A program made the position numbers and the translations under genes. Positions 38,784 through 52,380 of a stretch of DNA of 64,000 nt are shown one piece after another. The DNA is from Eledone cirrhosa (lineage: Eukaryota). The stretch's first letter is position 1. Every line of letters starts with the position of its first letter. The notes beneath the pieces were generated by a model. That model was not told the origin of the DNA and made no database searches. It worked only from the letters and a program-made list of their open reading frames with translations. The stretch spans positions 376,340,001 through 376,404,000 of the forward strand of contig OZ024741.1 in assembly GCA_964016885.1 (NCBI GenBank), written 5' to 3'.

Positions 38784-38785
<2 letters not shown>
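37790..38785 (-). mobile_element. Decayed CR1/L2-group LINE 3' fragment (RT C-terminal part)
   Basis: IFADD, LQSDL..WADKN, IRELGVVVDNNISW, LDYWSRLEKLNLYSLQRR, FKKCLDKFL across frameshifts. Confidence 0.8.
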
Positions 38786-38860
<75 letters not shown>

Positions 38861-38952
38861 GGATAACAAAATATCGTTATAGGTAATCAGTGAAACAATT
38901 GTTAGACTGTAAATAAAACCCTTTTTTGTACTTTTAACCATGTTATTCTTTA

Positions 38953-39090
<138 letters not shown>

Positions 39091-39121
39091 ATTTGAATGG
39101 ATACAGTTTAGTTGAAAGGAA

Positions 39122-39244
39122 TTTATTGACACGTGTTTCTATAACAGTTACATAACCTGAAAACAGCTGCTATCTACAAAGTTTTAGTTATGCAGACATT
39201 CAATATTTCAATGTTATTATTTACTGTCATTTCATCAGAATAAT
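39122..39244 (-). ncRNA. Type I hammerhead with ~90-nt stem II region
   Basis: UUAUU-CUGAUGA-a AUGACAGU...ACUGUUAU a-GAAA-CACGUG-UC-AAUAA. Confidence 0.7.
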
Positions 39245-40048
39245 ATTATTGAGGACCTATTTGGTTTTTATAGAGAATATTAGGAGGGAGGGGTGAAGTT
39301 GTTAGAAGAATAGTTGAGGGAGTGGTTTGTTGATAGCAGTGAGAATTTTTGGTGGCAGTGAGTAATTAGATTCCCATCTGTTGTTTTGACATTTTTATAG
39401 AATATATTATTGGTTATTTTTCTAAATTTATAGAAGGATTAGAGATAGTAAAGATATGCGTGGTTGGTTTTGTGTTTGCACTTAATTAACATTCAGACTT
39501 AAATTTTTCTTTTTTCTTTCAAGTGTACGTATCCTTTCACCCACGCATTCACACACAAATATATTTGCACACCTCTACAAAATACATATACTCACATTCA
39601 CATATTCATACTTACATACATATACACACGCATACATATATATATACACACATGTATTCATGGACATACATACGCGTTCATGTGTATACATTTTCATACT
39701 CAACTTATCTTTATATACACACGCATAGACACACACATATATACATACATACTCTAGTCTATGTGTACACTTGAAAGAAAAAAGAAAAATTTAAGTCTGA
39801 ATGTTAATTAAGTGCAAACACAAAACCAACCACGCATATCTTTACTATCTCTAATCCTTCTATAAATTTAGAAAAATAACCAATAATATATTCTATAAAA
39901 ATGTCAAAACAACAGATGGGAATCTAATTATTCACTGCCACCAAAAATTCTCACTGCTATCAACAAACCACTCCCTCAACTATTCTTCTAACAACTTCAC
40001 CCCTCCCTCCTAATATTCTCTATAAAAACCAAATAGGTCCTCAATAAT

Positions 40049-40172
40049 ATTATGCTGATGAAATGACAGTAAATAATAACATTGAAATATTGAATGTCTG
40101 CATAACTAAAACTTTGTAGATAGCAGCTGTTTTCAGGTTATGTAACTGTTATAGAAACACGTGTCAATAAAT
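40049..40172 (+). ncRNA. Type I hammerhead with ~90-nt stem II region (inverted copy)
   Basis: Same as 39122-39244 with the first stem I pair mutated. Confidence 0.6.
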
Positions 40173-40317
40173 TCCTTTCAACTAAACTGTATCCATTCAA
40201 ATCTTTCTATTTTTCTCCGGATTACTTTTGGAACTACAACTGGAACCGTCGAGCAAACTCTACGTGAGCTGTCAATCTACTGTGTGTAATATTTATATTA
40301 CAATACAACGGAAAATA

Positions 40318-40357
<40 letters not shown>

Positions 40358-40519
40358 CTGGACTGCCGGTCGCTATATTTGATTTGCAAAGCTGTCTAAA
40401 CGTATTGTTATAACTCTGGGGTATTATTCTCCATCGAGTGCTAAAGCTACATTCCGAATCTGCATTCGTTAGCTTAGCCGCAGCCTAAAGCTTTGTTAAT
40501 GCTGTACTAAAATTTCTAT

Positions 40520-40570
<51 letters not shown>

Positions 40571-41440
40571 CGACTTTACATGGAGCGACACTCTGATTTC
40601 GAGCTACGCACTCTCTCAGGTAACCTTGCTCCAAAGATAATTTGGAGGGATACCATTTCGGCCGTTTGTTGGTCAATAGCCAACATTTATGACCATAGTT
40701 AAAAGGTAGAATGGTTACTGAATTGAAGATAATTAGTTTGGTTTTTACACCTACATTAACACCGAATTTGTGGGCCATCACTGAACCAAAGATATTCTCT
40801 GTTCATCTAATTGTGACGTAGCCAGGCCATTAAAATATATGTAATGATTTGTGCCACAATAAAACTTTAAAAGGATATCTCCTGTCCGGCCTTCTGTTTG
40901 AATTGTGAACTACACACACACACACTCACGCACACGCACACGCAGACACACATATATACAGATGCCAGTTACTATATTGTATATTCGTAAGAGTTGCGTT
41001 ATGACGTCCCGTAGATAAACATTTATACGCAAGTAAGGGCATTCCAAGCCTGTCGTATATATCCAGCATAAATGTCAAAACCAAGGGAATTTCCATGCAG
41101 AAAATAAAAGTTAATACATATATTACATAATCATATGTTTTTAATTATATCTGTTTTAGTGACATGGGTGTGGAGCTGATGTGCAATCATTAGAACACCA
41201 AACAGCACCGGTATGATATCCGATATTAACACAATTATGTGAAGTTACATATCGCTTCCATGTTTGTGACATGTCAACTCACTCACTTCAATATGTTAAG
41301 ATTTGATGGCACATTTTGGCGGTTGGTGTTTTAATGATTGCATAACGGTTCTACGCGTGTGTCATCGAAATTTATTTAATTCAATAAATACGATTAAGTA
41401 ACATCAGTCATAACGTTTATACATGGAGTATATATATATA

Positions 41441-42064
<624 letters not shown>

Positions 42065-42099
42065 AACATATATATATATACAAACATATATATATATAT

Positions 42100-43030
42100 A
42101 TAGGAAAATATATGACCTCGACGGCAGAGCTCAATTGAGATTAGGAGATAATAAATAAATAAGAGAAAATATATAAAAATATAAAATTGGATAGTAAGAA
42201 GTCATAAAAAAACTGTAGAGTCTAAAACCGCTACTATATTTAGTTGGTGTTGCGTTTTGGGCCAATGCTATAGAATAGGTTAATAAGTTGAGAATAGAAG
42301 ATACTAAATAAATAAAAGATTTTGAAATTATAGAATTGGGTAGTAAAAAGTAATGCAAAATCTCTGGGGTCTAAAACAGCTGCTATTAATTAGTTTGTAT
42401 TGCGTTTTCAGTCAATGCTATCTTTAATTTACTGGGTTGGGGGTACTGAGGCTTCAGAGGCCCGAAAGGGGGAAAAGGAAGAGGAAGGAGAGCGGGAGTG
42501 GAAGGAAGCGATACGAGGAGACAAAGGGAAGAATAAAACAGAAAGGAAAAGAAAAGAGGCATATCTACCTATGTAAGCTGGTGTTTCCACTATCTTATTC
42601 GGCAAGTGGGATGTTTCAGCCATTGTCTACCCACCAGGGTCGTTAGGGGGTTTGAGGGCGAGGTAATTCCTATGCAATCGGTGTTTGCATGCAGTTACCA
42701 GTTCGTCTGTTTTGTTTAGGATTTGGTCCTTCGTAAACAGCATTTGTAATGTTTCCTCCGAGCATAAGTTACACGGACGGCGTCCTCTCGTGTGGGAGTT
42801 AGCCCTGGACAGTAATCTCCAAGTAAGATTGTATGTTATTTTATTATCTTGGAGGTCCCAGATGTGGCCCGAAAGTGATCTACCAGTGATCTACCCGTGC
42901 AACGTGAGGACGGACACCTCCAACAAAGCTTATATAGGATTAACCACTTGTGACTTTAAGACCCGGCTCTACCAACACCGACATACGTTCCGAAACCCGG
43001 CCCGATGACATGCCACTACACTTTCTGGTC
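42100..43030 (-). mobile_element. Third Penelope-like family: GIY-YIG 3' fragment with 5' inversion
   Basis: Plus 42884-43028 gives VIYPCNV..YIGLTTCDFKTRLYQHRHTF..ATTLS. Minus 42877-42627 continues LSGHIWDLQD..CNLCSEE..LNKTDELVTACKH. Confidence 0.8.
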
Positions 43031-43428
43031 TCGAGCTGTCCGCCGGCGAAACAATTGTAACACACAATAAATTGAGTTCAGATGCATCACTGATTTTTCG
43101 TTTTCTATTCTATGTATATATAAATATATGTATATACATGTATATATATATGTATATATATATATATATATATGTATGTATGAGAGAGGGAGAGAGAGGG
43201 AGAGAGAGGGAGAGAGTGTGTGGTCGAGAGAGAGAGAGAGGTATAGAGAGAGTGAGAGTTAGAGAGAGAGAGAGAGAGAGAGATAGAGAAAAGGTGAAGC
43301 TGGAAATAGCACGGAAAATATAATTTAGGGTCTGTTTTTCTTTTTTTTTTCTTTGATTCGGGAAAGTGACATTATTGAACAAATTTTTTCAATAATGTCA
43401 TCTTTTCAATAATGTCATCTTTTCAATA

Positions 43429-43531
43429 ATTGTTTCTACTTTAGGCACAAGGCCAGCAATTAGCCAGTGCATTACTGGTACTTTATTTTATCGACCCTGT
43501 AAGGATGAAAGGCAAAGTCAACATCGGCGTT
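43429..43531 (-). mobile_element. Partial tRNA-derived SINE (central domain and tail)
   Basis: Matches 52203-52310. Confidence 0.75.
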
Positions 43532-43851
43532 TAAATAATGTCACTTTGACAAATCAAAGAAAGGGAAAAAAAAGAAAAACAGACCCAAAAATATATTTTC
43601 CGTGCTATTTCAACTTCACATTTTCTCTGTATCCACAATTTTGGATAGAACCTTAATTCCCTTTTGTAATGTATATATATACATACACACATACATATAT
43701 TTATACACACACACAGATACACCAACTACGCCAAATTACACAAAAAGACACACATACGCCCACACACCAAAGAATAGGGACGATGCCTATATATATATAT
43801 ATACCTTCTCAGCCCACATACCACAACTAAAATATATATTTTGTCACATCC

Positions 43852-43940
43852 CCAGTCTGATGAGCAGGTCGACACAGGAGTGGGTCCATCAGTCTGATGG
43901 GTTGGCTTGAGCCAATCTTCTGCGAAACGCGCGTAACAGG
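43852..43940 (+). ncRNA. Type I hammerhead with branched stem II
   Basis: CCAGU-CUGAUGA-GCAG..[CCAUCAG/CUGAUGG][UUGGCU/AGCCAA]..CUGC-GAAA-CGCGCG-UA-ACAGG. Confidence 0.75.
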
Positions 43941-43993
43941 TCTATACGCAATAAATAATTTTCATATGTAAATGAAACCTCCTCGTTTTTTTC

Positions 43994-44040
<47 letters not shown>

Positions 44041-44247
44041 TTATATATATATGTATAAATATATATATATGTGTGTATATATATATATATATTGTTATAC
44101 TTTGGGAGGGTCATGTTGCCAATAAGAAACACACGCACCAGTTGCTTTCACTTCAATTTAATTTAATATATATTTATAAATTTACAAATTTATAAATTTC
44201 TGGTTGGTTGGTTGGTTCCACAACCAGATAGTTGTTTATATATATAT

Positions 44248-44292
44248 AATCATAGTTCTTTCGTCACACACTCTGTGACCTCTTCAGTGACT
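44248..44292 (-). ncRNA. Minimal type I hammerhead (left arm)
   Basis: Reverse complement of 44408-44452 with one G-U substitution in stem I. Confidence 0.8.
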
Positions 44293-44407
44293 GGGGATTT
44301 CTTTCTTCGTTTCTGTGCCTTTCCTTTCTTCTATCCTACGCCATTTTGTTGGTAAATGGCGTAGGATAGAAGAAAGGAAAGGCACAGAAACGAAGAAAGA
44401 AATCCCC

Positions 44408-44452
44408 AGTCACTGAAGAGGTCACAGAGTGTGTGACGAAAGAACTATGACT
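44408..44452 (+). ncRNA. Minimal type I hammerhead (right arm)
   Basis: AGUCA-CUGAAGA-g GUCAC agagugu GUGAC-GAAA-GAAC-UA-UGACU. Confidence 0.8.
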
Positions 44453-44716
44453 ATATATATATAAACAACTATCTGGTTGTGGAACCAACCAACCAACCAG
44501 AAATTTATAAATTTGTAAATTTATAAATATATATTAAATTAAATTGAAGTGAAAGCAACTGGTGCGTGTGTTTCTTATTGGCAACATGACCCTCCCAAAG
44601 TATAACAATATCGGTTTCAACACACGATTTCAGATAAAGAATCTTGCTAAACAAATTCAGAAACGAAATATATATATATATATATACATATAATGTATAA
44701 AAATCAATACAATATA

Positions 44717-44794
44717 ATTACCTCATTACCAGAGGTTTCCCGAATGAGGCGAATACGAAAGAAACGTCTTCATTCGTTCGTCAGACGAGGCAAT
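44717..44794 (-). ncRNA. pLTR type I hammerhead
   Basis: AUUGCCUCGU-CUGACGA-a CGAAUGA..UCAUUCG g-GAAA-CCUCUGG-UA-AUGAGGUAAU; 10-bp stem I. Confidence 0.8.
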
Positions 44795-46020
44795 ATAAAA
44801 CATGGGTAAATACTTGGAAAGTCTCATCAAGAAAATCAAAAAAATCAAAAAAAGGATATAGACAAATGAATTAGAAATTGAAATATATAAAAATCTATCA
44901 AGAAATATAGTTAGGTGTGTGTATATGTATGTATATACGCTCACAGATGTGCATATATGTGTATGCACATGTGTATACGTATAGTGAAAAAGTGTGCGTA
45001 AATATAAAATTTAGGGCAAATGTATCTGTATGTCTGTAATCGACAGACAGAATAGATACATCATAAGAATATGAATATGAAGGCGCGCGCATAAACACAC
45101 CTACACACACGTACACTTAGATGCGGAAGTAAAAGAGGTAAGGGAGTGTAATAATTAAAGGAAAGTATCAATCTCGATATATTTATAAAAATGGAACAAT
45201 AAATTAGAAAGAACAAATTTTTAGAAAGAAAAAATTAAAGAAAAGTAGACAAAAAAGGGGTACATACACAGACACGCATATCTCACAAAAGAAACGCAAA
45301 AATATACATGCTTATATACACATGCACACTTACACATCCATACGTTCGATACATACATACACACACACACATACTTACACTCACGCATATTGACCTGTTT
45401 GCATGCACACGCATAACAAATGAGTAAGTAAAAAAGGGGGGGGGGAGAAAAAAGGAACAAAACAGAAAACCTAGATGTCAAAACACGGATATAAAGACAC
45501 ATACACATACGCATAATATATACCTACACACACACACATATATATACACACATATATATATATATATATATATACATACACGCACGCGCGCGCACATACG
45601 TAGTCGCTCATGTACATATATAGAAAGTATACACACATTAAGGCGTTCAGCCATATTGATACAGAGTGTAAACAACTTGTGGATAAGTAAGTACAAATAT
45701 AAAATTGTAAGATTGGCTGCGCAAAAATAAAAAAATAAATAAAAAAAATAAAAAAAAATAAAAATAAAAATGAAAAATATATCTGGATGGAAAACACAAA
45801 TGACCTTTGTAATCAGTTAGTGAAGGAAAAAGGGAAGTAAAAAAAAAGGGGAAGTAAAAAATGGAAAGTGAATCGGAGAATAAAGGGGGGGGGGGGTTAT
45901 TGGTGGATGTGAAGTAAAAATAAAAAAATAAAAATAAGAATAAAAATAAATGAAAATATTTTACAAGGATAACAATGAAAGTAAGTCAGAAAGGGTAATT
46001 AAAAAGAGAATAATAAGAGT

Positions 46021-48159
46021 TTATAGAGGATAAGTATCTGAAAGTGTGTTAAGTTTATATGAGCTGGAAAGCAGGTGTGATTTCATGTGTGGGCAACTGG
46101 TGAACATTTCCGTCTTTGTGTTCAGGCAGGTCTTTGGTGATTTTAGATTTTGCAATATCCAATATTTTTCATTTATGCAGAGCGTGCATTTTCTTGTTCC
46201 TCTAGCATATTCTTTAGATTGGTTCAAAATTGACTAATCTAATTTATATTGGATGCCTTGGTCTTTCAAATCCCAAATTCTGCTAGCCAGAGCTGTTGTA
46301 AATCTTTTTTCTGGATGTCGAAAGGATGCGACATGTGAGTAATAACGCGTTTTGAATTTGTCTTGCGTCATACCCACATATCGTTCACTGGTGGCTGGAT
46401 GGTTGTTGCTGATGGTTGTCACTTTAGTCGCATATACAATGGCTTTGGTGTTGCATTTGCCTTGTAATGGGCATTCACTTTTGATTCTACAGGAGCAAGT
46501 TTGATTTTCTCTAGGTGATATTTTGTTGAGGATATAGGACTTAATAGGGGGACCGCAGGAATAGCTAATTTTGACACAGTTTCTGTTAAAGATCTTATAG
46601 TATCTATGTGTTCTAGGGAAATGTTTATCTAGGAGCACAAGGAATGTTTTGCCTACATTAGTTTTAACTGCTAGAGAGTAGGGGGGTGTGAACCAGATTA
46701 TTTTTCTTTTCCTATTTTTATGTTTAATAGAGTTAGTATAGTTAGGTATGTATTTAATCGGTTCGCTAAAACCGCTATTTTGGAGGGCTTTATTATAGTA
46801 GGGGGATGCCTTATTAAAAATAGCTTCTGAGGAAGAGAGGGTGGAGATCCTACGGCTAATATTAGGGATAAGGTTTTTAAAAACTATAGGTGGATGGCAA
46901 GATCCTTTATTTATATATTTTAAGTTTTCATTAGGTTTATGGTATGGTTTATAAGAAGCAGTAGGCAAATATAGGTTTATATCTAGGAAATCTACGTTGG
47001 AAAGTTTAGTGTCAATAGTAATTTTAAGATTAAAACTAGCGAAGGTTTTTATTAAGTCTTTCCTTAATCTATCTAAGTTATGGCCTATGGTGGTATGGGA
47101 AAGTATTAGACCATCGTCGCGATAGTGCCCAAAAATATGGTTAGGAAATTTTTCTTTAAGTGTATGTAAGAGGAATAGGCCGACCAGATCACAAACATCA
47201 GCACTGTCATAAGAGCCCATTGAGACATCGAATGGGTTCTCTGGGTTAGATATTTTTACCCAAGTGTCATTATCATTAAAAAGTAGAGTGTTCCTAGCAT
47301 GCAAGATGATATTCTCTTCAATATCGGAAATATTAGTAAACCCTCTAGCGAAATTTAAAGCTTTCGCTAAAAGGGTCTGAGTAATAGATGGGTAGAAATC
47401 TACAATGTCAAATTGGGTGAATCTAGGACTGATTTTGTTTTTAATATTATTAAACCAATGTACTACGGAAGAGCTATTTATCCATTGGAGTAATTTAGAC
47501 TTACTTCTAATGTGTGTATTTAATTTATTTAAAATTTTTTTGCTGGCAAGACCAATATCAGTCTTAGCAGGGTTGATTAATCTACAACTAGGACGAGTAA
47601 TAAAGTCGGGTTTATGATCTTTAAGGGTGATATACGCAGAACGTTTAGCAAGTTTTTCTGTCCTATTATCTATTTTTAAAGAAACAGCTAATTCTTTAGC
47701 TTCCTTATTTATATTATGGTACGTATTTATATTAGCTATTTGGTATTTAGAAGTGATATTATCTATTAATAGTTGGTCGTGTAAATTATTATTAACTTCA
47801 TATAGGTTTTTAGTTTTATCGGAGAAGATGAACTTATTATTAGAAGATTTGAAAGTTGAAATATCATTAGATAATTTAGATTGAAAGGGGTTAGAGTACT
47901 TAAGAAAATTGATATTGTTGATTAGGTTAACTAGGTCTAATTCAAAGGCGGTCATATCTTTTACTCTTTGCGGGTATTTATGAGTTTTGATGTCAAAATA
48001 TTCCGTGGAATCCGTGTTAAATTGTCCATCGAGAATCAAAGCTTTCCATCTCATTCTTTTAACAACCTTCTCTAATTTGTCTATCAGTATTTTCGTGTAG
48101 AGAGTGTTAGAAGGTGTTGGGATATTCTTTACAGAGTAGTCCAAAGGGTATTTATCCAT
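46021..48159 (-). pseudogene. Penelope-like RT plus GIY-YIG ORF (~712 codons), single TGG>TAG stop at 46234-46236
   Basis: SVKNIP, TLKDHK, FDIVDFYPSI, MGSYD, HYRDD, FLDI, CSC-x5-CP-x3-C, IVY..YVG, CTLC, CPH. The pLTR copy near 49990 keeps Trp at the stop position. Confidence 0.92.
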
Positions 48160-48378
48160 GTTCGGTATTGGTTTAAAATCCTAAGACTGAAGAGTGCTCG
48201 ACTTTAAAAGGGCTGGAAGGTGCCAATCTCTTAAAGATGTAGAATATGCTGCGATCATTCCCTTGGGAGCTTCATAAGTATTGAAATTTCTGTTGGAAAC
48301 AGAAAAGGTCATAGAAATGAAGAGTGCTCTATGTAAATATCAGAGCAAAATTTAATGTATAAAAATCAATACAATATA

Positions 48379-48456
48379 ATTACCTCATTACCAGAGGTTT
48401 CCCGAATGAGGCGAATACGAAAGAAACGTCTTCATTCGTTCGTCAGACGAGGCAAT
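48379..48456 (-). ncRNA. pLTR type I hammerhead (upstream pLTR, ~225 nt before the ORF)
   Basis: Identical to 44717-44794, offset 3662. Confidence 0.8.
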
Positions 48457-49215
48457 ATAAAACATGGGTAAATACTTGGAAAGTCTCATCAAGAAAATCA
48501 AAAAAATCAAAAATAGGATATAGACAAATGAATTAGAAATTGAAATATATAAAAATCTATCAAGAAATATAGTTAGGTGTGTGTATATGTATGTATATAC
48601 GCTCACAGATGTGCATATATGTGTATGCACATGTGTATACGTATAGTGAAAAAGTGTGCGTAAATATAAAATTTAGGGCAAATGTATCTGTATGTCTGTA
48701 ATCTACAGACAGAATAGATACATCATAAGAATATGAATATGAAGGCGCGCGCATAAACACACCTACACACACGTACACTTAGATGCGGAAGTAAAAGAGG
48801 TAAGGGAGTGTAATAATTAAAGGAAAGTATCAATGTCGATATATTTATAAAAATGGAACAATAAATTAGAAAGAACAAATTTTTAGAAAGAAAAAATTAA
48901 AGAAAAGTAGACAAAAAAGGGGTATATACATACACAGACACGCATATCTCACAAAAGAACGCAAAAATATACATGCTTATATACACATGCACACTTACAC
49001 ATCCATACGTTCGATACGTACATACACACACACACACACATACTTACACTCACGCATATTGACCTGTTTGCATGCACACGCATAAAAAATGAGTAAGTAA
49101 AAAGGGGGGGGGGGGAGAAAAAAGGAACAAAACATAAACCCTAGATGTCAAAACACGGATATAAAGACACATACACATACGCATAATATATACGTACACA
49201 CACACACATATATAT

Positions 49216-49286
<71 letters not shown>

Positions 49287-50197
49287 CACGCACGCGCGCG
49301 CACATACGTAGTCGCTCATGTACATATATAGAAAGTATACACACATTAAGGCGTTCAGCCATATTGATACAGGGTGTAAAAAACTTGTGGATAAGTAAGT
49401 ACACATATAAAATTGTAAGATTGGCTGCGCAAAAATAAAAAATTAAAAAAATAAAAAAATAAAAAAATAAAAAAATAAAAAAATAAAAAAATAAAAAAAT
49501 AAAAAAATAAAAAAATAAAAAATAAAAATGAAAAAAATATCTGGATGGAAAACACAAATGACCTGTGTAATCAGTTAGTGAAGGAAAAAGGGAAGTAAAA
49601 AAGGGGGAAGTAAAAAATGGAAAGTGAATCGGAGAATAAAGGGGGGGGGGGTTATTGGTGGATGTGAAGTAAAAATAAAAAAATAAAAATAAGAATAAAA
49701 ATAAATGAAATTATTGACAAGGATAACAATGAAAGTAAGTAAGAAAGGGTAATTAAAAAGAGAATAATAAGAATTTATAGAGGATAAGTATCTGAAAGTG
49801 TGTTAAGTTTATATGAGCTGGAAAGCAGGTGTGATTTCATGTGTGGGCAACTGGTGAACATTTCCGTCTTTGTGTTCAGGCAGGTCTTTGGTGATTTTAG
49901 ATTTTGCAATATCCAATATTTTTCATTTATGCAGAGTGTGCATTTTCTTGTTCCTCTAGCATATTCTTTAGATTGGTTCAAAATTGACCAATCTAATTTA
50001 TATTGGATGCCTTGGTCTTTCAAATCCCAAATTCTGCTAGCCAGAGCTGTTGTAAATCTTTTTTCTGGATGTCGAAAGGATGCGACATGTGAATAATAAC
50101 GCGTTTTGAATTTGTCTTGCGTTCACTGGTGGCTGGATGGTTGTTGCTGATGGTTGTCACTTTAGCCGCATATACAATGGTTTGTAAAAAAAACCTC

Positions 50198-50228
<31 letters not shown>

Positions 50229-50238
50229 AAAACCCTCA

Positions 50239-50309
<71 letters not shown>

Positions 50310-50338
50310 TCACTTTCTAATATATATATATATATATA

Positions 50339-51388
50339 TTAGAAAGTGAGGTTTTTTTTACAAATTGAAAAATAACTGAGGTGTCCTACACGAGTGAAAG
50401 TATAAAGAAAAAGAGATGAAATCGAAAATGCAACTGGAGTCTTATTTTTATATATATATTTATTTGGTTCCTTTACCGGTTTCGCAGTTCTTCTGCTTTT
50501 CAAAAGGTGAGTTGAGATGGAGGGTCTGTGGTTTTTATCACATCTGGTTGGTCTCTGAATGTTACTTGTTTTATATGGAAAAAGTGGCTCGAAATGCCAG
50601 GTTTTCGAGAAGTAATTTGATTGGTTTGTCAGTAATTATAATAAATTTCGCGCCAGTTCGCGTTACAATAGTTCTTCAAATAAGAGGTGGGTTGTCACAG
50701 GTTGTTTTTTCATATATGAGTGTTTGAATTTATTTTTACTTGAAAAAAGGGGCTCACGAAGGTTTTTTTTTGGTTGGTTATAAATGAAATTATGGTTGTT
50801 ACGTGAACAAGTTTTCATTAAATTTTCGTGCCCTTATTTGGAAATCCATTCTGTAGCCTTTTTATTTAGAGAATTTTTTTGATAAGTGAAAGATAATGGT
50901 CAAGAGAAAGGGCTGGGAGAATTGTTCTGGTTCAGTGAATATGTTTAGTTCGCTGGGGTGTCAGAATACAGATTTTCTATTGAATAAAGAAAGTAAAGAT
51001 ATGTATGTTTATTTGTGTGCGCGTGTGTGTGTGCGTGTGTGTGTGTGTTGTGTGTGTGTTTGAATTTCTTTACTTAAAAAAAAAGGTGGTTCACGAAGGC
51101 TTTTTTTTTAATAAACGTGATTTCATTGGTTATAAATGCAATTTAGCTGTCACGTGAACAAGTTTTCATTACATTGTCGCGTCCTTATTTGGAAATCTAT
51201 TCTGTAGCCTTTATAGAGAATGTTATGACAAGGGAAAGATAGTGGTCAAGAGAAGTGGGATTGGGAGAAATGTTCTGGTTCAGTGAATATGGTTAGTTCG
51301 CTGGGGTGTCAGAGTTCAGATTTTCTATTGAGACTGAAGATATGTATGTTTATTTGTGTGCTTGTGTGTGTGTGTGTGTGTGTGTGTC

Positions 51389-51420
<32 letters not shown>

Positions 51421-51460
51421 TGTGTGTGTGTGTATGTGTGCGTATGTGTGTATTGGAAGA
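50339..51460 (-). mobile_element. HHR-bearing repeat with an internal diverged ~335-bp tandem duplication (~50725-51060, ~51061-51400)
   Basis: Shares 145 bp with 20783-20930. The duplicated blocks share cacgaagg, cgtgaacaagttttcatta and ttctggttcagtgaatatg. Confidence 0.6.
50470..50507 (-). ncRNA. Minimal type I hammerhead, U3-A8 core variant
   Basis: CCUU-UUGAAAA-GCAG aagaa CUGC-GAAA-CCGG-UA-AAGG. Confidence 0.7.
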
Positions 51461-51567
51461 TGATTCTATTAGTAGAAATGGGGGAGGGAGCTGTGGGTGT
51501 GGGGGTTCTTATGTGTGTGTATGGGTGTTATGTGTGTGGGAGTATGGTTAGCATGTTAAGATGAACA

Positions 51568-51608
<41 letters not shown>

Positions 51609-51712
51609 GTGTGTGTGTGTGTGTGTGTAGGAAAATGATTCCTTTAGTAGGAATATTTTTGAATGAACATATTTTCCTTACTTATTCGTACACAAATAAA
51701 CATACATATCTT

Positions 51713-51815
<103 letters not shown>

Positions 51816-52202
51816 CATATATATATGTATAAAGTGAAGAATAACATGGTTGGCAGTACAAACATGGATATTTATTTACAGTCTTAAAATTGTTTCCAGG
51901 ATAGAATTGTCTATAAATTGCTAAATACTGGAGACAGTATAACTCAATTTACAATACATCTATGTTCAATCATTTCATCAGAAACTATTAAGAAATATAA
52001 AATATATGCGTAACCGTAATCTAAAAAATTCAAATTACTACATCAATAATAGTATTAATGATAAATAAATAAAGGAAGGGGGACAGATAGAAATGAGAGA
52101 GAAAGAAAGAAAATGATGAAAGAAGGAACGAAGATATAGTTAAATGTATAACCGGCAAAGTTAGGAAATCAAACTATCACATCAAAATAAATATAATATT
52201 AA

Positions 52203-52380
52203 TAATTGTTTATACTTAAGGAACAAGGCCAGCAATTAACCAGTGCATTACTGGTACTTTATTTTATCGACCCCGTAAGGATGAAAGGCAAAGTCAACCT
52301 CGGCGGGATTTGAACTCAGATCGTAAAGGGACGTAACTATGCTGGAAAGCATGGCGTCCGAACCTCTACCGGTACTGCCA
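52203..52380 (-). mobile_element. tRNA-derived SINE with Meta-like central domain
   Basis: A box TGGCAGTACCGG, B box GAGTTCAAATCC, then gcctttcatccttacggggtcgataaaataaagtaccag. Confidence 0.8.

Larger units (their letters stand above)
44089..44668. mobile_element. Near-perfect palindrome (258-bp arms, 7-nt spacer 44347-44353) of the ATGGCGTAG-HHR-ATGACCCTC family, plus tail
   Basis: 44089-44346 is the reverse complement of 44354-44611. The tail gtttcaacacacgatttca is shared with ~30445 and ~52958. Confidence 0.85.
44691..50180 (-). mobile_element. Penelope-like element 2 (Naiad-type) with ~1.8-kb direct pseudo-LTRs (44691-~46442, 48353-50180)
   Basis: Partial tandem: the upstream repeat starts inside the GIY-YIG coding region. 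HHR in each repeat; (TA)n flanks. Confidence 0.92.

Noticed and set aside
42217-42421. Two diverged ~55-bp direct repeats in the 3' region of the third Penelope fragment as possible HHRs
   Set aside because: One has CUGAAAA (unpaired 3/8) and neither has a matching GAAA/UH with stems.
43006-43008. In-frame TGA in the GIY-YIG fragment as possible selenocysteine (reported for some Naiad elements)
   Set aside because: It aligns to an Arg position, not Cys, and fits CGA>TGA decay. The Cys motifs of elements 1 and 2 use normal codons and I saw no SECIS.
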